From sequence record SRR22947727_1242: a stretch of DNA of 40,448 bases. One strand, given 5' to 3'. The notes below the pieces were generated by a model. It was given only the letters and a program-made list of their open reading frames with translations, searched no databases and had not been told where the DNA came from. Shown here piece by piece: positions 1-8,699 of the stretch. Position 1 is the first letter of the stretch. Each line of letters opens with the position of its first letter. A program made the translations under genes and the position numbers.

Positions 1-304
1 GCGCTTTTCCCATCCCAAAAAAAACTGAAATCCAAAGGGTTTTGTCTCGTTCCATCCTAAAAGTGGCCGGAATCCCCTGACTGGTGGAACCGCTCTTATA
101 ATCAATTTTCATCTTACCGCTTAGGGTTTTAAAATCTCCTGAGGCAGCGTAGTGATTTTTAATGACTGATTTTGCGCTTAAATTTCGGAGGGATCCTGTT
201 TCAGAAGTGGTCGCAAAACTGCCTTTCTTTGCCCCACAAGCCGTAAAAGCAAGTGTTAAAGCGAAGAAGAAAAACCTTTTATACAGAGCGCTATTCCAGG
301 ACAT
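1..304 (-). CDS. DUF4292-family lipoprotein, N-terminal part (runs off the window edge; absent from ORF track)
   Basis: Manual translation from ATG at 304: MSWNSALYKRFFFFALTLAFTACGAKKG...DFKTLSGKMKIDY...FRMERDKTLWISVFFGMGKA, open to base 1. Lipobox FTAC; FKTL and RMxxDKxxWIS motifs; sits downstream of dut as in Flavobacteriaceae. Confidence 0.75.
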   Translation of the reverse strand, partial: MSWNSALYKRFFFFALTLAFTACGAKKGSFATTSETGSLRNLSAKSVIKNHYAASGDFKTLSGKMKIDYKSGSTSQGIPATFRMERDKTLWISVFFGMGKA

Positions 305-333
305 GCCTTTTGTTTTTTTGAAGTAATACCATA

Positions 334-341
334 CAAAGATA
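334..341 (-). promoter_or_regulatory. Bacteroidota -7 promoter element (TATCTTTG) for the DUF4292 gene
   Basis: Exact TAnnTTTG match 29 nt upstream of the ATG. Confidence 0.6.
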
Positions 342-464
342 CAATTTTGGTGCCAAGATTACTGCTGTCAGCCACCACCAATTGAAAGACCCATTATTTA
401 AATGTAATAGGGCACAATAATAAGACCCTCTTTAAAGTAAGGGCATTACCCATTGGCAGCTGGT

Positions 465-899
465 TTATTTAATTCCAGTACTCCCAAACCCTCCAGCACC
501 TCTTTCGCTGTCTTCTAGAGTATCTGTCAGTTCCCATTGGGCTCGCTCGTATTTGGCCAAGACCATTTGCGCAATCCTGTCGCCGTTTTCAATGGTGAAA
601 GGATCTGCAGAAAGGTTGATCAAAATAACCCCCACATCTCCCCTGTAATCTGCATCTATGGTGCCTGGTGCATTCAGGACAGTAATACCGTGTTTGGCTG
701 CCAACCCGCTTCTGGGCCTTACCTGAGCTTCCGTACCAGAAGGAAGGGCTATATGAAGCCCCGTGGGAATTACTTTTCGCTCCATGGGCGCCAATGTAAC
801 AGACGCAGATAAGTGGGCCCTTAAATCCATTCCAGCCGCTGCAATAGTTTCGTAAGACGGAAGCGCATGAGCGCTTTTATTGACAATTTTAATCCTCAT
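465..899 (-). CDS. dut: dUTP diphosphatase
   Basis: dUTPase motifs [35 protein letters not shown]. Confidence 0.98.
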   Translation of the reverse strand: MRIKIVNKSAHALPSYETIAAAGMDLRAHLSASVTLAPMERKVIPTGLHIALPSGTEAQVRPRSGLAAKHGITVLNAPGTIDADYRGDVGVILINLSADPFTIENGDRIAQMVLAKYERAQWELTDTLEDSERGAGGFGSTGIK

Positions 900-2463
900 T
901 GCTTCTTAATTTTTTTAAATTTTTATACTCCAATCCACCTGTTATTAAGATGAATCCTACTAAAAATAGACTACCCAAAATCATTTGACCAGGGAATACA
1001 TAGAAGGAAAGACCGCCTAAAAGGACTGCTGTACTCAAATAACCCGCTATTTTTCCCAAAGGATAATTTATGGGGTACTTTTTGCGCCCTATCATATAAG
1101 AGGCCGCGGCCATAGTCCCGTAAGCAGCTAAAGTTGCTATAGCAGACGCATAGTAGCCTATGATTGGAATGCCTATAAAATTGACCACAAGGGTAATCAG
1201 GGCGCCACCTATAGAAATATACGCCCCGTAATGGGTTTGATCCGTAACCTTATACCATACAGATAAGTTGTGGTAAATACCCAAGAATAAACTGGCTAAT
1301 AAGATCAGTGGCACTACTTCTATGGCTTCCCAATAGCTTGAATTTCTAATGAATAGTACTTTTATGAGATCTATATACACCAATACCCCTAGAAAAATCA
1401 CGCTGCCAAAAATCACAAAATACTGTGTAATGACCGCGTAGGCCCGTTGGGGGTTTTTTGATTTGGCATGACTAAAGAAAAAGGGCTCAATACCCATTCT
1501 AAATGCCGTGGCAAAAAGAGTCATAAACAAAGCCAATTTATAGCAAGCAGCGTATTTACCCAGTTCACTGGCTGCAACAGATACAGGCAGTAGTTTGGCT
1601 AATAAAATCTTGTCAAACACCTCATTAATGGTAAAAGCCACCCCAGCAATCATCACAGGAAGTGCGTAACGAATCATGCGTTTGAACAAGGCAGTGTCAA
1701 AACCAAAACGCAGTCCTTTGTACTGACCAGAAAGCCAAATAAAAGTACTGGCAGAGGCTATGGTATTGGCAATAAATATATAGGCAATCTCAAAATTAGG
1801 CCTGTAAAAACCCCCCAGCCATTGGCATATGGAGGTGCTGTTTTCAAGGGTTGAGGCTCCGGTCAAAGCGGCATCGGCTCCAAGAGCCAAAGAAGCATTT
1901 ACAGAAGCATCTATAGGGCCCTCTAAGCCAGACCAAAAGGGCAATCCCACCAAAAACAATATATTGAGGCCTAAATTAAGTCCTACATTGGCTGTTTTTA
2001 ATAGCGCATACTTCATAGGGCGTCCTTCTGCCCTTAGTTTGGCAAAGGGTATCACCACAAGGGCGTCTAAGCCCATAATAGCAATGGCATAACCTAAGTA
2101 TTCCAATTTAATGTCTGTGAATGAAGACATAGAAGGCAGCGCCATGGCGGCTATTAAAACAAAAACAAAGGTGGACGCTACAATAGACCAAAGCGAAGTA
2201 GACACTACCTTTTGCCTGTCGGGGGCGTTGGTGTAAAACCTAAAAAAAGCGGTTTCCATCCCATAAGCCAAGAGCACATTAAAAAGGGCAAACCAGGAAA
2301 AAATAACGGTCACCTCACCAAAACCGGCAGTAGCCAAAATATTTGTATAGAGCGGGAGTAGCAAGAAAGACAACATTCTTGGCAGCACAGTCGCTATTCC
2401 ATAGACAAAGGTCTGGGCAAATAATTTTTTAAACAAGCTGTGTTCGTTTGGGCCTAATGGCAA
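889..2463 (-). CDS. Oligosaccharide flippase / polysaccharide biosynthesis membrane protein (Wzx/MOP-like)
   Basis: Many hydrophobic helices; motifs QTxx[17 protein letters not shown]; overlaps dut by 11 nt. Start codon (TTG) uncertain. Confidence 0.85.
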   Translation of the reverse strand: MPLGPNEHSLFKKLFAQTFVYGIATVLPRMLSFLLLPLYTNILATAGFGEVTVIFSWFALFNVLLAYGMETAFFRFYTNAPDRQKVVSTSLWSIVASTFVFVLIAAMALPSMSSFTDIKLEYLGYAIAIMGLDALVVIPFAKLRAEGRPMKYALLKTANVGLNLGLNILFLVGLPFWSGLEGPIDASVNASLALGADAALTGASTLENSTSICQWLGGFYRPNFEIAYIFIANTIASASTFIWLSGQYKGLRFGFDTALFKRMIRYALPVMIAGVAFTINEVFDKILLAKLLPVSVAASELGKYAACYKLALFMTLFATAFRMGIEPFFFSHAKSKNPQRAYAVITQYFVIFGSVIFLGVLVYIDLIKVLFIRNSSYWEAIEVVPLILLASLFLGIYHNLSVWYKVTDQTHYGAYISIGGALITLVVNFIGIPIIGYYASAIATLAAYGTMAAASYMIGRKKYPINYPLGKIAGYLSTAVLLGGLSFYVFPGQMILGSLFLVGFILITGGLEYKNLKKLRSNED

Positions 2464-2483
2464 ATCGTTGGGTTTAAAAATAC

Positions 2484-2507
2484 AAAAACCCCAGCAAGCT
2501 GGGGTTT
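2484..2507 (-). terminator. Intrinsic terminator of the atp operon
   Basis: Inverted repeat AAACCCCAGC-nn-GCTGGGGTTT running into a T-tract on the minus strand, 60 nt after the atpG stop. Confidence 0.8.
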
Positions 2508-2567
2508 ATTTGTGTATTATTTATCGCTAATACCCTGTAAAAAAGTGTTTAAGACGGGGTAAAAAAT

Positions 2568-3425
2568 TTAATCGTTTAAAGCCTCTGCGCCCCCAACAAT
2601 CTCTAAGATCTCATTGGTAATAGCTGCCTGACGTGCTTTATTGTACGTTAATTTCAATTGATCTCTAAGGTCTGTAGCGTTGTCCGTAGCCTTGTGCATG
2701 GCGGTCATTCTAGCGCCGTGCTCAGAGGCAAAAGAATCTCTTATTCCTTTGAAAAGCTGTGTTTTTAATGCTTTTGGCACCAATTCACTCACAATTTCAG
2801 CCTTTCCAGGTTCAAAAATATAATCAGATTCTGCCGCAGCGCCAACCACAGGGACAATCGGCAAAAATTGTTCTGTTGTGACTATTTGTGTTGCTGCGTT
2901 TTTAAATTTATTGTAGATCAAAACAATTTTGTCGAACTTCTCCGTAGCAAAATCTTCCATTAAACGGTCTGCAATCTCACTGACGTTAGCGAAAGTAAGG
3001 TCCTCGTAAATGGCGCTTTCGTTGGACACCAAAGGAAAATCTTTCCCCAATATGTCTGCAGATTTTTTGCCCACTGCCATCACAGAAACTGCTTTTCCAG
3101 CGTAGGCACCTTTGGCTAAGGACTGTGCTTGTTTAATGACGTTGGTGTTAAAAGCACCACAAAGACCACGGTTAGAAGTAATAGCCACCAATAGGATTTT
3201 GTCTTCCCCACGAACGGCTGCATACTTGCTTGCGTCTGAACTTTCAATACTACCACTCAAAGACTGTAATAAATCTGTAAGGGTGTCTGAGTAAGGACGC
3301 ATGGCCGTAATAGCATCTTGTGCTTTTTTTAGCTTCGCCGCAGACACCATCTTCATGGCAGAAGTGATCTGCATGGTAGAAGATACTGAGGCTATTCTAT
3401 TACGTATTTCTTTTAAGTTTGCCAT
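2568..3425 (-). CDS. atpG: F1F0 ATP synthase subunit gamma
   Basis: MANLKEIRNRIASV, RGLCGAFN, ASEHGARMTAM, YNKARQAAITNEILEIVGGA. Confidence 0.99.
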   Translation of the reverse strand: MANLKEIRNRIASVSSTMQITSAMKMVSAAKLKKAQDAITAMRPYSDTLTDLLQSLSGSIESSDASKYAAVRGEDKILLVAITSNRGLCGAFNTNVIKQAQSLAKGAYAGKAVSVMAVGKKSADILGKDFPLVSNESAIYEDLTFANVSEIADRLMEDFATEKFDKIVLIYNKFKNAATQIVTTEQFLPIVPVVGAAAESDYIFEPGKAEIVSELVPKALKTQLFKGIRDSFASEHGARMTAMHKATDNATDLRDQLKLTYNKARQAAITNEILEIVGGAEALND

Positions 3426-3447
3426 GTCTGGTTTTCCTTAGTTTGGC

Positions 3448-5022
3448 TTAGTATTTAGCAGATAATTCCTCACAAACCGCTGCAAGCGTGTCTGTCACCT
3501 CATCTGTTAATTTTCCTGCTTTTAATTGGTCTAACACATCCCTGTGTTTCGCATTTAAATACTCAATATAGGCTGTTTCAAAAGCTTTGATTTGGTCTAC
3601 AGGTACCTTCTTTAAAAGGTTTTTAGATCCTGCATAAATAATCGCTACCTGATCCTCTACAGTGAAAGGGTCATTTTGAGCCTGCTTTAAAATCTCTACG
3701 TTTCTACGTCCTTTTTCAATCACGTTTAAAGTAGCCGCATCTAGGTCAGAACCGAATTTAGCAAATGCCTCTAATTCTCTAAACTGCGCCTGGTCCAACT
3801 TAAGCGTACCTGCTACTTTTTTCATAGATTTAATCTGAGCGTTACCCCCTACCCTAGATACCGAGATACCTACGTTAATAGCAGGACGAACCCCTTGGTT
3901 AAATAAATCTTGCTCCAAAAATATCTGACCATCCGTAATAGAAATTACGTTGGTAGGAATATAGGCAGAAACGTCTCCCGCCTGGGTTTCAATAATTGGC
4001 AATGCCGTTAGTGAACCACCTCCTTTAACGATAGGCTTTAAAGAATCTGGCAAATCGTTCATGTCTTTTGCAATGGCGTCATCTGCAATGACCTTAGCCG
4101 CACGCTCTAACAATCTTGAGTGCAAGAAGAATACATCTCCAGGGTATGCCTCACGTCCCGGTGGACGTCTTAACAATAAAGACACCTCACGATACGCAAC
4201 AGCTTGCTTAGAAAGGTCGTCGTATATAATTAAAGCCGGTCTACCGGTGTCTCTGAAATACTCTCCAATAGCAGCGCCCGCAAATGGAGCGTATACTTGC
4301 ATTGGTGCAGGATCAGACGCATTGGCTGCTACAATAGTAGTGTAAGCCAAAGCCCCTTTATCTTCTAATGTCTGCGCAATGGCAGCTACTGTAGATGCTT
4401 TTTGACCAATGGCCACATAGATACAGTACACTGGCTCACCAGCGTCATAAAATTCTTTTTGATTTAAGATGGTGTCAATACAAACCGTAGTCTTACCGGT
4501 CTGACGGTCACCAATCACCAATTCACGTTGTCCTCTACCTACTGGAATCATAGCGTCAATCGCTTTAATTCCGGTCTGTAATGGTTCCGTTACTGGCTGA
4601 CGGAAAATAACCCCTGGTGCCTTACGCTCCAATGGCATTTCGTATACCGTTCCTTCAATAGGACCTTTACCGTCTATGGGTTTTCCCAAGGTGTCTACCA
4701 CACGTCCTACAATACCTTCTCCTACATTAATAGAAGCAATACGCTCGGTACGTTTAACAGTAGTTCCCTCTCTAATATCTCTAGATGGGCTTAATAATAC
4801 CACCCCTACATGGTCTTCTTCAAGGTTCAATACAATCCCTTGTACACCCCCGTCGAATTCCACCAATTCTCCATACTGCACATTAGACAAACCGTATACG
4901 CGGGCAATACCATCACCTACTTGTAATACAGTGCCCACCTCATTCAAAGAGGCTTGTGCATTAAATCCTGCTAATTGATCTTTTAAAATTGCAGATACTT
5001 CTGCGGCTTTTACTCCTGCCAT
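3448..5022 (-). CDS. atpA: F1F0 ATP synthase subunit alpha
   Basis: Walker [36 protein letters not shown]. Confidence 0.99.
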   Translation of the reverse strand: MAGVKAAEVSAILKDQLAGFNAQASLNEVGTVLQVGDGIARVYGLSNVQYGELVEFDGGVQGIVLNLEEDHVGVVLLSPSRDIREGTTVKRTERIASINVGEGIVGRVVDTLGKPIDGKGPIEGTVYEMPLERKAPGVIFRQPVTEPLQTGIKAIDAMIPVGRGQRELVIGDRQTGKTTVCIDTILNQKEFYDAGEPVYCIYVAIGQKASTVAAIAQTLEDKGALAYTTIVAANASDPAPMQVYAPFAGAAIGEYFRDTGRPALIIYDDLSKQAVAYREVSLLLRRPPGREAYPGDVFFLHSRLLERAAKVIADDAIAKDMNDLPDSLKPIVKGGGSLTALPIIETQAGDVSAYIPTNVISITDGQIFLEQDLFNQGVRPAINVGISVSRVGGNAQIKSMKKVAGTLKLDQAQFRELEAFAKFGSDLDAATLNVIEKGRRNVEILKQAQNDPFTVEDQVAIIYAGSKNLLKKVPVDQIKAFETAYIEYLNAKHRDVLDQLKAGKLTDEVTDTLAAVCEELSAKY

Positions 5023-5025
5023 GTC

Positions 5026-5562
5026 CTAGATATTTGTAAATTCTCTTTCTAACTGCTGCAATTGAGCAGCAACACTTGCGTTGTATTGTAAATCTCCCAC
5101 TCTAAGGATAAACCCACCTAAAAGGCTTGGGTCTACTAGATTGGTAATGGTCACCTCCTTATTGATTAATTTGGCTACCTTCTCTTTAATTTCTTTTTCT
5201 AGGCTTTCGCTTAACGCTACAGCCGACGTCACTACTGCATTGGCCTTTCCTTGAGCCTGCTCATATAAGTCTGTAAAAGCTACAGCAACCGCCAAGGTAA
5301 GTCCCGAGCGTTTGTTGTCTAATAATGCCTTAAAAGTATGGGCAACCAGTGGCTGTACTGCCGTAAATACCGCTTCAAATCCTGCTTGCTTTTGAGTCGC
5401 AGTCAATGTAGGGTTGGCTAGAAAAGATTTAAAATCTTCATTGCCTCCAATAATAGTAGCCATCTCTTGCATGTCTGCAGCAACCGCTTCTAAGACATTG
5501 GTCTCTTGGGCTTGTTGCAACAAAGCTTTTGCGTAACGAATGGCAGCTCTAGAGTTGGTCAT
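5026..5562 (-). CDS. atpH: F1F0 ATP synthase subunit delta
   Basis: RYAKAL, VDPSLLGGFILRVGD; lies between atpF and atpA. Confidence 0.97.
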   Translation of the reverse strand: MTNSRAAIRYAKALLQQAQETNVLEAVAADMQEMATIIGGNEDFKSFLANPTLTATQKQAGFEAVFTAVQPLVAHTFKALLDNKRSGLTLAVAVAFTDLYEQAQGKANAVVTSAVALSESLEKEIKEKVAKLINKEVTITNLVDPSLLGGFILRVGDLQYNASVAAQLQQLEREFTNI

Positions 5563-5566
5563 AATG

Positions 5567-6067
5567 CTAGTTTAATTTCATATCACCGAGGGCGTCAGAA
5601 ACTAATTTCTTCTGCTTGTCTCCGTTAGATAATTCACTTTTGATTACTTTCTCAGCAATGGCCACAGATAAAGTAGCTACTTGCTTCTTAATGTCTGCCA
5701 CAGCCGCTTTCTTTTCAGATTCAATAGCTTCTTGCGCTTGTTGCAGCATTTTATCTCCTTCCGATTTAGCCAATTCCTTAGCGTCAGAAATCATTTTTTC
5801 TTTTAATTCACGGGCTTCTTTAAGCATGGCTTCTCTTTCTGCTCTAGCTTCTTTTAATAGCTGATCGTTATTTGCCGTTAAGCTTTCCATGTCTTTTTTA
5901 GCCTGTGCAGCACTATCTAGTGCATTTTGAATACCTTCTTCACGTTCTTGTAAAGCGTCAAGAATAGGTTTCCATGCAAATTTTACCATCAGTAAAATAA
6001 GGGCTATCAATAAGATAGAAGACACTAAAAATAGGCCTGGTGAAAAATCGTTTAATAAAGTTTCCAT
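5567..6067 (-). CDS. atpF: F0 ATP synthase subunit b
   Basis: N-terminal TM helix, KFAWKPIL, long charged helix. Confidence 0.97.
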   Translation of the reverse strand: METLLNDFSPGLFLVSSILLIALILLMVKFAWKPILDALQEREEGIQNALDSAAQAKKDMESLTANNDQLLKEARAEREAMLKEARELKEKMISDAKELAKSEGDKMLQQAQEAIESEKKAAVADIKKQVATLSVAIAEKVIKSELSNGDKQKKLVSDALGDMKLN

Positions 6068-6093
6068 AAAAAAGGGTTTGCTTTTTTTAATTT

Positions 6094-6130
6094 AAAAAAC
6101 ACCCGCTACGGCCAATCGCCGCAGCGCGTG
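6094..6130 (-). terminator. Intra-operon stem-loop plus U-tract between atpE and atpF
   Basis: Minus strand CACGCGCUGCGGC-GAUUG-GCCGUAGCGGGUG-UUUUUU: 13-position stem with one G-U pair and one mismatch. Confidence 0.7.
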
Positions 6131-6149
6131 AAATCTTTTTCAAAAGTTC

Positions 6150-6353
<204 letters not shown>

Positions 6354-6397
6354 TTAAATTAAAAAAACGCTTTTTACAGCTTTCGTTTTTGTTTTGA

Positions 6398-7519
6398 TTA
6401 ATGATGGTCGTGTTCTGCTACTGCCATTCCAATAAAAAGAGCAGAGAGCATGGTAAAAATATAGGCTTGTAAGAAGGCTACTAGCACTTCTATTAATGTG
6501 ATGAAAAAAGACAAGACAAAAGACAAAGAGGTAGCCCCTACAACACCTAATGTTTCTCTTAGGGTAAACATAATAGCAATTAAACTCATCACCACAATGT
6601 GTCCTGCAGAAATGTTGGCAAACAAACGCACCAACAAAGAAAAAGGTTTAATCACTAAGGCCCCAGCCAATTCAATAATAGCCAAAACAGGTCTTAGCAA
6701 ATAAGGCACCCCTGGCATCCATAATATATGAAGCCAATAATCTTTGTTCCCGCTCGCGGTGTAAATCACTAAGGTCAATACCGCTAAAGCAGCAGTCACA
6801 GCCAATTGGCCCGTAACATTAAACCCTAAAGGGGTTAGCCCCACTAAGTTTAAACTCCAGATGAAAAAGAACACTGTCAATAGGTATCCTGTAAACTTTC
6901 TATATTTTTTCTCACCAATATTCGGTCTGGCAATTTCATCTCTTACATAAATCACCAATGGCTCTAATACCCTACCAAAACCTGTAGGTACTTGTTTTGT
7001 TCTGTACTGTCTTGCCAAAGAAGAAAAAGCCAACAACAACAACAATCCTATCATTAAAATTCCCATAACACTTTTGGTGATGGAAAGGTCTAGGGTCTGT
7101 GTGGCGTTTATTGGGTGGTGCGCTTCATCAAAAGCAACTTCCTGAGCCCCTTGAGATAATTCGTATATTTTTCCGTGAAGCTTTACTAAGTTTAACCCCT
7201 CTTTTTCAACCAATACATGCCCGTTGTCGTCATGATGGAAAGCAGAAGACATGAAAGTGACTATTCCCTGGCTTGTTTTTACAATGACCGGTAATGGAAA
7301 ACCAAAGTGGTGTCTTTCCCCTTCGCTATCTGAATATGAAAAAAGGCTGAAATCATGAGAATCTTTAATGTGGTGTAAAATATACGCTTCCACCTCACTT
7401 TTAGTGTCAACAATCCCTCCCTCTTGTGGGTCTGTATTGGCATACGAAACAAAAGTAGTCAAGAACGCTAATACCAATATGGCAAAGATGTGGCGGTATT
7501 TTGTGGCTTTATTCTTCAT
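6398..7519 (-). CDS. atpB: F0 ATP synthase subunit a (Bacteroidota long form)
   Basis: RLFANISAGH, LEPL, QAYIFTMLS. Start reassigned to ATG 7519 (MKNK) because a -7 element lies within the ORF-track extension. Confidence 0.96.
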   Translation of the reverse strand: MKNKATKYRHIFAILVLAFLTTFVSYANTDPQEGGIVDTKSEVEAYILHHIKDSHDFSLFSYSDSEGERHHFGFPLPVIVKTSQGIVTFMSSAFHHDDNGHVLVEKEGLNLVKLHGKIYELSQGAQEVAFDEAHHPINATQTLDLSITKSVMGILMIGLLLLLAFSSLARQYRTKQVPTGFGRVLEPLVIYVRDEIARPNIGEKKYRKFTGYLLTVFFFIWSLNLVGLTPLGFNVTGQLAVTAALAVLTLVIYTASGNKDYWLHILWMPGVPYLLRPVLAIIELAGALVIKPFSLLVRLFANISAGHIVVMSLIAIMFTLRETLGVVGATSLSFVLSFFITLIEVLVAFLQAYIFTMLSALFIGMAVAEHDHH

Positions 7520-7553
7520 GAAAATATAAAAATAGACGCTAAAAAATTTTGCG

Positions 7554-7561
7554 CAAATGTA
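7554..7561 (-). promoter_or_regulatory. -7 promoter element (TACATTTG) upstream of atpB
   Basis: TAnnTTTG match 34 nt upstream of ATG 7519. Confidence 0.6.
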
Positions 7562-7602
7562 AGCATATTCTATAAAAAACAAACCCTATTTACAGATTAA
7601 AT

Positions 7603-7902
7603 CTATGAAGGAGGGGATTGCTTGAGCATTTTGGAAAGAAATAAAACCTCTGCCGCTAAAAAAAACAAAACAGGAAAAAGAATATTGACTTTTTCTTGAA
7701 GGCTAAGGGAGAGCCCCTCTAAAAATAAGAAAGGAAATGATTTGTAAAAAAACACCCCTTTTAACGGGATCCCAAACAGGTACAAAAAACCCACATAGTC
7801 TTTGGTTTTGGGGTTTTTAGAAAGCAAATAACATATCCCTACAACCAATGTACTGGCTATAAGGTTAAAATATAGGTGTTCTTCAAGGAGTAGCTGGTTC
7901 AT
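7603..7902 (-). CDS. AtpI-like membrane protein (DUF6168-like), possibly N-terminally truncated
   Basis: Three hydrophobic segments; GFLYL..K and P..FFLAAE pattern; lies between the atpZ-like gene and atpB. Confidence 0.65.
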   Translation of the reverse strand: MNQLLLEEHLYFNLIASTLVVGICYLLSKNPKTKDYVGFLYLFGIPLKGVFFYKSFPFLFLEGLSLSLQEKVNILFPVLFFLAAEVLFLSKMLKQSPPS

Positions 7903-7991
7903 GAAATATAGCTGTAAACAATTGTAGTGGGTGTAGCGTGCTGCTGCAGTGGCCTAATGTTTTGGCGGTATTTACAGCTTTGGACAACACT

Positions 7992-8207
7992 TTATTGGGC
8001 TTTGGCTTGTTTGATCATGGCGTAAATGGCTAGCGCTATAGACAACAAAGTGAGGCTTATTTCTAAAAAACTCCATTGCATTTTTTGATCCAACCAACGG
8101 CCCAATAAGTTTCCCCCATAAATGGTCAAACCCATCTGAATACCCATTCCTGACACTTTTGCCAAGGCCTTTAATGGGTTGTCATTGGGTTTTTTTTCTG
8201 GAGACAT
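7992..8207 (-). CDS. AtpZ/AtpI family (ATPase gene 1) protein
   Basis: GIQMGLTI...GRWLD two-TM motif; upstream of the atp genes. Confidence 0.85.
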   Translation of the reverse strand: MSPEKKPNDNPLKALAKVSGMGIQMGLTIYGGNLLGRWLDQKMQWSFLEISLTLLSIALAIYAMIKQAKAQ

Positions 8208-8251
8208 GGGGCAGTTTATAAGGGTGTCTTATTAATTTTCACCAGGGTAAC

Positions 8252-8674
8252 TTAGCCGTTATTGGCCATGGAAGACCCAGATTGTTCTGCCATTTTTGCA
8301 TCTGGATTTAGTGCAGACACCCCTTTAGGCCGCATGCTACACTTGGCATTAAACACTGCGCCTGGGCTTATGGCTAGTTTTTGCGTATAAATCTGGCCTT
8401 CTATTTTAGCGGTTTCTTGTAAATTCAACAATTCAGAGACTTCTAATTCTCCTTCAAAACCTCCAGCAATGTCTGCCTGAACACAAGAGACATTTCCAGT
8501 AATTTTTCCTGAAGCGCCAATAACTACTTTTCCTATAGTACTCAGGTTTCCCTCTAACACACCGTCTATTCTAAAGTCTGCTTGAGAAGAAATATCTCCT
8601 TTAATATGGGTGTTGGCTTCTATTCTATTGGGTTGGCTGCCCTGATCTTGCCCTTTTTTATTTTCTGAAAACAT
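8252..8674 (-). CDS. Bactofilin (polymer-forming cytoskeletal protein)
   Basis: Beta-helix repeats IKGDI, RIDG, GKVVIG, IEGQI, GAVFNAKC. Confidence 0.92.
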   Translation of the reverse strand: MFSENKKGQDQGSQPNRIEANTHIKGDISSQADFRIDGVLEGNLSTIGKVVIGASGKITGNVSCVQADIAGGFEGELEVSELLNLQETAKIEGQIYTQKLAISPGAVFNAKCSMRPKGVSALNPDAKMAEQSGSSMANNG

Positions 8675-8699
8675 GGCTTTTTTTTCTTTAATACCCTCC

